Part shown: one piece after another, positions 1 through 9,995 of the stretch
Layout of the letters: each line of letters starts with the position of its first letter
How positions within the stretch are numbered: the stretch's first letter is position 1
Origin: Wolbachia endosymbiont of Dirofilaria (Dirofilaria) immitis
GTDB lineage: Bacteria > Pseudomonadota > Alphaproteobacteria > Rickettsiales > Anaplasmataceae
Direction: 5' to 3'
DNA: 32,000 nucleotides
Assembly: GCF_013365455.1 (NCBI RefSeq)
Contig: NZ_CP046578.1
Coordinates: 120,001 to 152,000 of the forward strand
Program-made: the position numbers and the translations under genes
Notes under the pieces: model-generated
Told to the model about the DNA's origin: nothing
Database searches by the model: none
What the model saw: only the letters and a program-made list of their open reading frames with translations

Positions 1-243
1 TTTAAGTTTCATTAATTCATGATCTCTCTATATTATAATGTAGTCAAGGAAAATAAAACACTGGATGCTTTTTTATAATTTTGCAGTTTATCTTTAATAA
101 GATGTTGGGCTTTCGATAAAAGAATCTAGTGAAGCTGTAGTGTGCGCAATTTTTTGTTGTACTTTGAGTAAATATACTTTTAACTTTATTGTTAATTTAT
201 TACTACGATGTTAAACAGATATTTTCTAAAAAAATGAACAAAT

Positions 244-1671
244 ATGAAATCTTATAAGCTCTTAGAGGAAGTATTGTGTAGGGTAGGAAGTATTGAAAAT
301 ACACTAAAAGTGTTAAGCCAAAGTCAGTTGAATATAGAAGATAAAATTGAGCAAATTGGTCTCCTAGAAGAAATTAGACATGAAATTATTTCTCACAGTA
401 TAATAAGGGAATTATTAATAGAAGCAGGTGCTTTTAATAGTGAAAGGAGTGCTAACAATTGGCAACTGAAGTTAATAGAAAGGATGCATAAAGGTAGTAG
501 TGCTATCTCCATTGATTTAGTGAGATCCTTATCGAAAGCTAAAGTTGAGTGCCAGAATTTATGTAAGTTATCTAAGTCTGAGGCTAGTAATTTGGGGAAA
601 TTGAAAAGACGCTTTGCTGATTTAATTAAGCTAATTCGTGAAGTAGCTTCTATAAAATCGCAGCAGTTGAAATGTTTGAAGTATGATTCATTACTTGCTG
701 ACTATGATTTTGATATTACAGAAAAGAATATAAGGGAAACATTTCCTAGGATAGGCAAGTTTTTTAGTAGAAATGTAGATAAAGTAATTGAAAAGCAGAA
801 GAAAGGTAAAGTTATTAATATACAGAAAGTTACTGCTCGGAAGCAAATTGAACTTGGCTCACTATGTTTACAGCAAATAGGTGGTACATCATACCATCCT
901 TCTTATTATGACCCTATAGATTATAACGAATCTGACTTTTGTTACGGTTTGTTCTTACTTTTACGGCGTAGTGGTTATGAGATTTATCAAAAGCATTTAG
1001 CACAAAATTCTATAAATAATTTTATTGCAAAACATATTATGTATGAAACTCAAGGGTTATTCATGGAAAAAATGATTGGAACATCTAGAGAATTTATTGA
1101 GTTTATTCAACCGTACATAAAAGAGAAATTTGCTGTGAGAGATAAAATTAGTGCAAAAGCTAGCAGCATTGAGAATTTATACTTGATTTTTAATAAAGTA
1201 AATCTTTCTTCTCCTTTGAAAAATGCAGATGAATTTACTCTGCTAGCTCACATTATGCTAAGAACTAGATTGGAACAGAATATGATAAATGGTACTTTAG
1301 AGGTAGAAGATTTGCACGATGCATGGTTGGAAGGTATGAAGCACTATAAAATTCCGGTAAAAGCTAAAAATGAGCTAGATACTTGTTTTCAAGATGAATA
1401 TTGGGCAAGAGGAATTATAGGGTATTTTCCTATTAAAGTGATGGCTTTAATTACTGCTGTACAGATTTTTTCTTTTATTAAAAGGAATCATTATGAGATT
1501 CTGGGTGCTATAATAAAGGGAGATTTTAGTTTACTTATTAAGTGGTTGTCTAAAAATATGTGCAGTACAAAGTATGGTTCTTTAGGTCTGCTAAAAAGAG
1601 TAACGGGCAAGGGATTAGATGTTGAGTGCTGTACTAGCTACTTATCTGAAAAGTATGATTTACCTCAATAA
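244..1671 (+). CDS. M32 (carboxypeptidase Taq-like) family protein, predicted catalytically inactive because HExxH is replaced by RRSGY
   Basis: 475-aa ORF that matches M32 landmarks in order. MYETQGLFMEKMIGTSREF corresponds to HESQSrxWENxvGRS. ADEFTLLAHIMLRTRLE...EDLHDAW is also present. FQDEYWARGIIGYFPIKVMALITAVQIF corresponds to QDvHWxxGxFGYFPtYxLG. The C-terminus reads RVTGKGLD...YLSEKY. Where HExxH should sit, the protein reads LLLRRSGYEIYQ (nt 964-978). Confidence 0.8.
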   Translation: MKSYKLLEEVLCRVGSIENTLKVLSQSQLNIEDKIEQIGLLEEIRHEIISHSIIRELLIEAGAFNSERSANNWQLKLIERMHKGSSAISIDLVRSLSKAKVECQNLCKLSKSEASNLGKLKRRFADLIKLIREVASIKSQQLKCLKYDSLLADYDFDITEKNIRETFPRIGKFFSRNVDKVIEKQKKGKVINIQKVTARKQIELGSLCLQQIGGTSYHPSYYDPIDYNESDFCYGLFLLLRRSGYEIYQKHLAQNSINNFIAKHIMYETQGLFMEKMIGTSREFIEFIQPYIKEKFAVRDKISAKASSIENLYLIFNKVNLSSPLKNADEFTLLAHIMLRTRLEQNMINGTLEVEDLHDAWLEGMKHYKIPVKAKNELDTCFQDEYWARGIIGYFPIKVMALITAVQIFSFIKRNHYEILGAIIKGDFSLLIKWLSKNMCSTKYGSLGLLKRVTGKGLDVECCTSYLSEKYDLPQ

Positions 1672-2769
<1,098 letters not shown>

Positions 2770-3011
2770 TTATGATTCTGTTGTTGAGATTTTTTGATTT
2801 TATGGTCGTCAGAAAATATTTTTTGTTGTAAAGCTGTATAGATAGCACTAATTCTTTTAATTTTCATATTATTGTGTACTATATGTCTGTAGCTAAAATA
2901 GTCTAGGTTTATTTACAATTTGATAAGCATGAAATTTGTTGTTTACTTGTTAGTAGAACCTATGAAAAACTAGGCGATATAGAGAAATCTGACTTACATT
3001 GTCTATATTTA

Positions 3012-4136
3012 ATGAGTTTAGGTAACTATGTGTTAAAGAAATTTAGAATTGAACCTTTGTTAAAGGATAAAACTCCATGCCAAACTAAGGCTGTGATTGC
3101 AATGTCTGGTGGAGTTGACAGTTCTGTTGTTGCAGTATTACTACACTATCTTGGATACCAAGTGATAGGTGTTACTCTTCGTTTATATAGTGGTGATGGT
3201 AATGCAAGAAAAGGCATATGTTGTGCTGGACAAGATATCTATGATGCAAAGCGCGTAGCTGAAAGCATTGGCTTTCCTCATTATATCTTAAATTATGAAG
3301 AAACATTTAAGGAAGAAGTAATAGAAGATTTTGCGAATACCTATATGCGTGGAGAAACTCCTATACCATGTATAAAATGTAATCAAACAGTGAAATTTCG
3401 TGATCTGTTGCAAGTTACAAAAAATCTTGGTACGGATATATTAGTTACAGGACATTACGTGAGAAGAGTGGAAAAAGATGGTAGAGTAATGTTATGTAAA
3501 AGCATTGATAAAAGTAAGGATCAAAGTTATTTTCTGTTTGCTACGACGGAAGAACAACTAAAGCTGTTGAGATTTCCGCTTGGTGGATTCTATAAATATG
3601 ATGTAAGAAAATTAGCAAAATATTTTGGTTTACGAATTTCTGGAAAACCGGACAGTCAAGATATATGTTTTGTTTCTGAAAGCTATAGCAAAACAATAGC
3701 TAAGCTGATTCCACAATCCATGCAGAAAGGTAAAATTATAGATGTAAATGGTAAAGTACTAGGTGAGCATAATGGTATAGTAAATTTCACAGTTGGTCAA
3801 AGAAAAGGTTTAGGTGTTTCATACGATAAACCTCTTTATGTGGTCAAAATTAATACAGGAAAAAATGAAGTTATAGTGGGTCCAGCTGATGCACTAATGC
3901 AAAGAAAAGTGTTGGTTAAAGGATTAAATTGGCTAGAGCAACCAAGGAAAGGTATGGAAGTAACTGTGAAGCTTAGGTCGTCGCATGTGGGAAGTTTAGC
4001 AACAATATATCCAACTGAAGAACAAAATGAAGCCTGTGTCATTTTGAATGATGATTACTTTGGTATTAGTCCTGGTCAGGCTTGTGTAGTATACAAGGAT
4101 GAGCAAGTTATCGGTGGTGGATGGATATGCTCTTAA
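3012..4136 (+). CDS. mnmA: tRNA-specific 2-thiouridylase MnmA (TrmU)
   Basis: PP-loop AMSGGVDSSV, then CCAGQDIYDAKRVA, IPCIKCN, KDQSYFL and DSQDICF, which are typical MnmA blocks. Length is 374 aa. Confidence 0.95.
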   Translation: MSLGNYVLKKFRIEPLLKDKTPCQTKAVIAMSGGVDSSVVAVLLHYLGYQVIGVTLRLYSGDGNARKGICCAGQDIYDAKRVAESIGFPHYILNYEETFKEEVIEDFANTYMRGETPIPCIKCNQTVKFRDLLQVTKNLGTDILVTGHYVRRVEKDGRVMLCKSIDKSKDQSYFLFATTEEQLKLLRFPLGGFYKYDVRKLAKYFGLRISGKPDSQDICFVSESYSKTIAKLIPQSMQKGKIIDVNGKVLGEHNGIVNFTVGQRKGLGVSYDKPLYVVKINTGKNEVIVGPADALMQRKVLVKGLNWLEQPRKGMEVTVKLRSSHVGSLATIYPTEEQNEACVILNDDYFGISPGQACVVYKDEQVIGGGWICS

Positions 4137-4758
4137 AAGATTCTATAGTGCTGGTGATTATTCACTGGTCAGTAAAATCAGGGAAAATTCCTTTTTACTA
4201 TAGCCCTATTTATAACAAAGTATGTAAAATTTTTAGCTAATATTATAAACAGATTTTATTTCTTTAGTAGTTTTTTATTCCTATTGATTCAATAAATAGA
4301 GGCCCTTTTAGTAACCTATTTCCTGAGGTATATTTTAAATCTTTACTTTTTAGTTGATAGCAACTTAGATGATGTATCTCTATACATCTAAAGTCTACTA
4401 TGTCTTTTTCTACCTTTTACTTTTCTCTCTCATCATAGCCTTTAGTTTCCCTTTTTTCTGCAATTTTGATAGAAAGTTCCCTGCTTCTTTCAACTTTTTG
4501 AATTGTTCATTTACTGCTTTTTAGACGGAGAATTGTGTAATAAATGCCTTCATAGTATTCTGTATATAATATGTATTTAATTTTAATTTGATATTTTTCT
4601 ATTCTGATCCTTTCTTTTCACAAACCTATTAGGTATTCCTTCTTCATTTCTTACTTACTATTCTATTGCTGTATGCTTGCTTGCTCCCTTGACTTGTGAC
4701 TAGTTTTTAACAAATAAAGAATTAAGTATACCACCGTAAAGCATAGGAGTTAGGTTCA

Positions 4759-5136
4759 TTACAGGTGTTGCTTTTGTATTAAAAAACATCCTATTAATAG
4801 GATTATGAATGGAGTAAACCATAAAATATAGGTGCTAGGTTTTATGGGTGGAATAGTTATAATTGAGTCTCCGTAAGAATTTTTCAGCTCTAAAATTATT
4901 TGCTTGTCGGTATACCCATTGCTGATTTTTTTACGAATTGCTTTGCGCATATCATATGCAATTTGAGATTCAGATTCAGATAATGATTCGCCAGAACATA
5001 TTGGACACTTTATTATTTTAAACAAATTAGTTGCCCGTTTTTCCATAATTTTATCTTTAAGCTTGTCATCTAAAGTAAAAGCATTAATATTTAAGCAGAA
5101 TGTAAATGTAAAAAGTAAGTTAAATGCCGTTCTCAT
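4759..5136 (-). CDS. ccmH: Cytochrome c-type biogenesis protein CcmH/CycL
   Basis: 125 aa with an N-terminal signal sequence, the CcmH motif IKCPICSGESLSESESQIAYDMRKAI (CxxC), and a C-terminal TM helix. The start overlaps the upstream gene by 17 nt. Confidence 0.85.
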   Translation of the reverse strand: MRTAFNLLFTFTFCLNINAFTLDDKLKDKIMEKRATNLFKIIKCPICSGESLSESESQIAYDMRKAIRKKISNGYTDKQIILELKNSYGDSIITIPPIKPSTYILWFTPFIILLIGCFLIQKQHL

Positions 5137-6169
5137 TCTTGACTAGCTCAGTGATTTTATCTAATTGGTTCATGAAATCAGTGATGGGTAACTTTCCAAT
5201 AAAACTTAATCCTGCATCGGTATCGTACTTTATTGAAAAATTAACATTGTCATCAGTTGTTTCTTCTGATAAAGAAGATATTAATTTTTTAAACCAATCT
5301 GAAATTTGTGGGTTGCTAGTCATAAATGAGATCAATTCTTTGTAGTTTAATATGGCCACGTTGATTTTGTCTTTAAACGAAGATGTGACTAGGTTGTAAT
5401 TATTTACTCCACCATTTGCAGCGAGAGAAAAATTATTACTCTGAATTAAAAATTTTTCTATGTTGAAATTAATTCTGGCAGCTGAGATATGATTTACAAA
5501 TTCATAATTAAATTTAGTGTCGATACTAAGGTAACTTTCAGGGTTTGTAGTATTTTTATACCGATAAGTATAAAAATCAAATCCTAGCTTATTATTTCCA
5601 CTTAGTTCTTTATTGAGATAAAATTGAATGTAGTTACTTTTACCATTCACCTCAGTTATAATACTTTGATGATTTTCTAAGTCAGTTGAAACATCACATT
5701 TTGATCCATAATCTTCATAACGAAACGTATCTATATAGTCTATTACATTACTATTTTTATTAAATAGCAAAGAAAATGGTAAATCTTTTAACTTAGTAAT
5801 AAAATGGTTATTATTATTTGTATGACATCTTATACTTTCTTTCTTATTGTTAGAAATAGCAATGCTGACTTCATTGCTTGGTATATAAATATACACTGAT
5901 CTATCAAATAATCTATTTTTTATTAATAAAGCATTAGACGATATGGTTAATTGTTCATTAGAGAATTTTGGGTTTGTTACGTGGAAGGTTAGATTAAAAG
6001 GGAATCCGCTAAAGTCATGTGAAACATCAAATTTTTTGTTGTTAATATATAGTATTATTTCAGCTAGCAGATTTTTTGCATTGCATGCGTAAAAATACCA
6101 AAAGCTACTGTATACTGTAGGAATAAACAGGAGCAAGAAGATAATGGTGTAGATAAAAATCTTATGCAT
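5120..6169 (-). CDS. Membrane-anchored protein of unknown function, DUF2125-like
   Basis: 349 aa with a single N-terminal TM helix followed by SSFWYFYACNAKNLL...SGFPFNLTF. This resembles the alphaproteobacterial DUF2125 pattern (W-x-gyWf ... GFPxRf). It starts 10 nt downstream of fdx and overlaps ccmH. The family call rests on remembered motifs only. Confidence 0.5.
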   Translation of the reverse strand: MHKIFIYTIIFLLLFIPTVYSSFWYFYACNAKNLLAEIILYINNKKFDVSHDFSGFPFNLTFHVTNPKFSNEQLTISSNALLIKNRLFDRSVYIYIPSNEVSIAISNNKKESIRCHTNNNNHFITKLKDLPFSLLFNKNSNVIDYIDTFRYEDYGSKCDVSTDLENHQSIITEVNGKSNYIQFYLNKELSGNNKLGFDFYTYRYKNTTNPESYLSIDTKFNYEFVNHISAARINFNIEKFLIQSNNFSLAANGGVNNYNLVTSSFKDKINVAILNYKELISFMTSNPQISDWFKKLISSLSEETTDDNVNFSIKYDTDAGLSFIGKLPITDFMNQLDKITELVKNENGI

Positions 6170-6179
6170 AGTTAATTAT

Positions 6180-6527
6180 TTATTTGTTTAGTGATATATT
6201 TCTTGTACTCCTTGGTATGGTTACATACAAGCCATCAATGTCTTTTGTAACTTTTATTTGGCATCCAAGCCTAGACGTCTCAGTTAAGCCGAAAACTAGG
6301 TCTAACATATCATTTTCCTCATCAGATATGGGATTATGTATTTCTACAGCATCATAAAATTTCGGGTCAACAATTACATGGCATGTAGAACATGCAAGAG
6401 AACCTTCACACGCGCCTTCAAGTAAATCTGGATCGATTCTGTGAGCTAAGTTGAGCAAGGTTTCCCCCTCTGTGGCTTCATAATTTTTCTTACTTCCATC
6501 AGGTAAGATAAAAGTAACGGATGGCAT
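6180..6527 (-). CDS. fdx: 2Fe-2S ferredoxin, adrenodoxin type
   Basis: 115 aa with the cluster ligand pattern CEGSLACSTCHV ... RLGCQI. A strong SD (AGGAG) lies 8 nt upstream of the ATG on the minus strand. Confidence 0.9.
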   Translation of the reverse strand: MPSVTFILPDGSKKNYEATEGETLLNLAHRIDPDLLEGACEGSLACSTCHVIVDPKFYDAVEIHNPISDEENDMLDLVFGLTETSRLGCQIKVTKDIDGLYVTIPRSTRNISLNK

Positions 6528-6589
6528 ATCACTTTCTCCTATTAAAATCTTTATCGGTTTTTCTATATTCTACAGATGATAGTCAGTAT

Positions 6590-6618
6590 TTGCAAACTCT
6601 TTGCGTTCAACCTATTAA
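6590..6618 (+). promoter_or_regulatory. Putative sigma-70-like promoter for murD (TTGCAA-N17-TATTAA)
   Basis: TTGCAA at 6590-6595, a 17-nt spacer, and TATTAA at 6613-6618, about 33 nt upstream of the GTG start. A perfect TATAAT also lies at 6626-6631. This is pattern matching in AT-rich DNA only. Confidence 0.25.
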
Positions 6619-6650
6619 TAACTTATATAATGTCTTTTTAACCAAAGTAA

Positions 6651-7994
6651 GTGATACAACTGAACAAGTATAAAAATCAGGGCGTTGTGGTTTTCGGCCT
6701 TGGTAAGACTGGTTTATCTGTGATTAACGCTCTAGTAAATTATGGCATAAGAATATATGCGTGGGATGATAATAAGGAGCAGATAGCAAATGCAAGGGCA
6801 ATGTATAAAGAATGTAGTTTTATTTGTCCTGAAGAGTATAATTGGCATGAGATAGAAATGTTGATATTGAGCCCTGGAATACCTATTTTGTGTCCAACAC
6901 CACATTGGGTGGTAAGGCTTGCAAGAAACTTTAACTGTAAAATAAAATCGGATATCGAGTTATTTTTTGAAGATAAAATTACAGACCAGAAAGTAGTAGG
7001 GGTTACAGGAACAAATGGTAAATCAACGACTACATCCCTAATAGGGCACATATTAAAGTCTGCAGGAAAGAAAGTTGCTATTGGTGGAAATTTAGGTGCT
7101 CCCGTTTTGGACTTGAACAGGAATGCGGAATTTTTTATAATTGAGTTTTCCTCTTTTCAATTGGAGCTAATCAATGAAGTAAATTTAGATATTGCAGTGT
7201 TACTTAATATTACGCCAGACCACATAGATAGGCATGGAAGCATGGAGAATTATATAGCGATTAAATCAAAGCTGATAAGCAACAGTAGGATTGCTGTTAT
7301 AGGGTGTGACAATGAAATTACTGCTGGTATATTTAATAAATTCACTGGGAATAAAGTTCCTATCTCAACTTCGATGTTACTTCAATACCTAGACACTAGG
7401 ATACAACTAGGATTAGAAGATTATGCAGGTGATATGGAGATAAACTTAATATCTAATGCGGAAAACATAGCAGCTGCGTGTACCGTGTGTGAGCTGCTTA
7501 GAGTGGATAGTAACATTATTATCGATGGAATCAAATCCTTTTCAGGATTAAGACATAGAAATGAAATACTTGGTAAGATAGAAAATGTCCTTTTTGTAAA
7601 TGATAGTAAAGCAACTAATGCTGAATCTAGCGAAAAGGCGATTTTGTCTTATAAAAACATATATTGGATCGTTGGTGGAAAGAGTAAAGAAGGTGGTATA
7701 GAACCACTAAGGAAGCATTTTGCAAACATTAAAAAAGCTTTTCTCATTGGGGAATCAACTGAAGCTTTTGCAAATGTTATGGGAAATGAAGTGAATTTTG
7801 TAAAATGTTACAATCTAGTAGACGCATTTAAACTAGCTTTAGAAGAGGCTATGAACAGTAAAGAAGAAGTAACTATATTATTTTCTCCTGCGTGTGCTTC
7901 TTTTGACCAATGGAAAAATTTTGAAGAACGTGGTGAAGCATTTTGCAGGATGTTTGAAAGTTTTAAGCGCAATTACATATGCAGTTTAGTATAA
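6651..7994 (+). CDS. murD: UDP-N-acetylmuramoylalanine--D-glutamate ligase MurD
   Basis: N-terminal Rossmann motif VVFGLGKTG, Mur ligase P-loop GVTGTNGKSTT, NITPDHIDRHGS, VNDSKATN, and C-terminal SPACASFDQWKNFEERGEAF. GTG start. Confidence 0.9.
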   Translation: MIQLNKYKNQGVVVFGLGKTGLSVINALVNYGIRIYAWDDNKEQIANARAMYKECSFICPEEYNWHEIEMLILSPGIPILCPTPHWVVRLARNFNCKIKSDIELFFEDKITDQKVVGVTGTNGKSTTTSLIGHILKSAGKKVAIGGNLGAPVLDLNRNAEFFIIEFSSFQLELINEVNLDIAVLLNITPDHIDRHGSMENYIAIKSKLISNSRIAVIGCDNEITAGIFNKFTGNKVPISTSMLLQYLDTRIQLGLEDYAGDMEINLISNAENIAAACTVCELLRVDSNIIIDGIKSFSGLRHRNEILGKIENVLFVNDSKATNAESSEKAILSYKNIYWIVGGKSKEGGIEPLRKHFANIKKAFLIGESTEAFANVMGNEVNFVKCYNLVDAFKLALEEAMNSKEEVTILFSPACASFDQWKNFEERGEAFCRMFESFKRNYICSLV

Positions 7995-8943
7995 TTGTTG
8001 CATGGAACAAGATGAAATAGAGTTAATCTAGTTGTGGTTATTTCATTTAAATGGAAAATTGATGAAACCTTTGTTAAAGGGTATGCATAGACCTTAGTCT
8101 AGCTAATCGCTTTTGCGAATTTCAAAAACAGAGTGTATAGCTCTTTAGAGTATGTAGTAGGAAGTTTAAATGGTTCAATGAAAACTGGACTAAAAAATTT
8201 TAGTAAGAGATATGGAAAGATGGCTAATAAAGTTAGCTTTTATAGTATGCCTTTTAAACTATGTTAAGCCAAATTACAAAGGGCCTTTAAAAAATGTTTT
8301 ATTGTTTTCTATATGTTAAAAAGTAAATAATCATTTGGTAAGCTTCTTTATAGAACTGTTAGTGTAATTTAGCATGGTATTTACGATCAGTCACAGGTTT
8401 CAGCTACTATGCAAAAGGTGACATTATCTGGAGTACCTAGGTAGGATAAATTCTTTTTTTCAATGGCTATTCGGAAGATTTTGTAGGTATTTTATCATTT
8501 TTCGGTGGATGTGTTAACGAAGTTATAATGTTTCAAGAGTTTGAAGCTCTTTTACAAGAAATTATAGGAAATTTCTTGTAAATTTTTCATTATACTAGTT
8601 ACTCTATACCTACATCACGAAGACTTCCCTTGATTTTTTAAGCTCTTGTGTTAAAAGAATTAAATATTCATTAACAATAAAATGAAAGTTATTTGTTATA
8701 GTATAGCAATGGTAATATTGAGTTAGAAGTAAATGCAAAACATGTAATAAACTTTTTTTGTAATGCTTAGATGTATTAAAGTTAATGTACCTTAATAAAG
8801 ATGCATACAAAAAGTAGAATAATATATTTAGTATAGTTAAGTATTATTTTGATTATCCTATTTTCTAGAATAGTTAATCTAGAATTCTTCTCGGAAGAAT
8901 TGAACAGTAAAAAAAGAAAATTTACTAAAAGGGTAATATCACT

Positions 8944-9833
8944 GTGTTTATGTTCTACTATATTGTCCATTGTTCTATTGTGTTATTGTATTTGGCCTAC
9001 CAGAATCAAAAATCGAAAAAAGTGATCGTGAGATCAGATTTTATGTCGATGTTGCTGTTAATTTTAGCTACAGTATGCTTTGGTGTGCTTATGATATTTT
9101 TTAACTTTATTAAGAAAAAGTTTTTTATGTATAAAATCAAAAGCTTCTTGGAGAATGAGGTTAATTCTGAATGGGCAAAGTACTATGGGAAAGAACTTGT
9201 AGGTGAGTGTATAGACCAAGGTTGGAAAAAAATATAGAAGATATTGCAGAGTTTCTTTTAGAAAGGAAGAAGATTATAGCACTATATAGATTTCTAACAA
9301 ATGGTGAGAAATTAGTTCAAGCTAGAATGGTAATGGTAAATGTGTTGCTTATGAATGTTGTATATCCAAACAATATAATTTTAGATACTAACTCCCTTGG
9401 AGGAGGAGTTTTAGCAGAAGTTTTAAAGAAATTTGAAGATCAGGGGATTTGTTTAGCGTTAATTCATAACAATTATTACGGTTTGCTTAAGAATTGTAAC
9501 TAATAATTATTCTTAGTGGAGTGGGAGATTTTTTTTTCATTAAGATGGTTTTCTGCAAAGTTTTTAAGTTTTTGGGTTAGATATTGTGAACTGCAATTTA
9601 ATCTGCTAAAAACTATGGAAAATATAAAATGTCCTGTCTTAATTGCTGGTGAGAAGGTGACAATATAATTTTATGAAAAACTCAACTTATTGGTAAGCTT
9701 AACGATTAGTTTACTTAAGAAAGGTTTAGAGAAAGTGTGCTGCTTAAACATGGTTTTAAAATACCTTATAAGAATGAAGATAAGTATTCATGTTAATTAT
9801 AAAGAACATTTAGTTTGTTGTGAGAGTGAATAA
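8944..9833 (+). pseudogene. Disrupted gene (about 295 codons), possibly an alpha/beta-fold hydrolase with an N-terminal TM anchor
   Basis: ORFs 8944-9237 and 9207-9503 join if one A is added to the A7 run at 9226-9232 (..QGWKK|NIEDIAEF..). The second frame then stays open to 9833 apart from TAA TAA at 9501-9506 and TAA at 9666-9668. Hydrolase-like pieces are NIILDTNSLGGGVLAEVL (a degenerate GxSxG elbow) and IKCPVLIAGEK (the typical PvLiixGexD strand). Confidence 0.45.
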
Positions 9834-9995
9834 AATATAAAGAAAAAGAGAATAAATTTATTAGTGATGCATATGAATATTTACTAAACCTTAGATTTAT
9901 AGAAAGTTTAAACAGAATGCTTATAAAGCGAGCAAATTCTCGCAAAACTTAATAAAAATGGAACTGGAACCTATCAATAGAGAATATATATAAGT

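Noticed and set aside
8610-8970. Two overlapping minus-strand ORFs (66 and 62 aa) in the murD downstream spacer.
   Set aside because: The translations are extremely AT-driven (Ile, Leu, Asn, Lys, Phe, Tyr). There is no SD and no motif, and the ORFs overlap each other and the start of the plus-strand pseudogene. They are most likely chance ORFs.
9270-9380. Weak resemblance of ..RFLTNGEKLVQARMVMVNVLLMNVVYP.. to the Fic/DOC core HPFxDGNGRxxR followed by a hydrophobic helix.
   Set aside because: The invariant His, Gly-Asn-Gly and Arg spacing cannot be aligned without gaps. The downstream NSLGGG and CPVLIAGEK blocks fit an alpha/beta hydrolase reading better.
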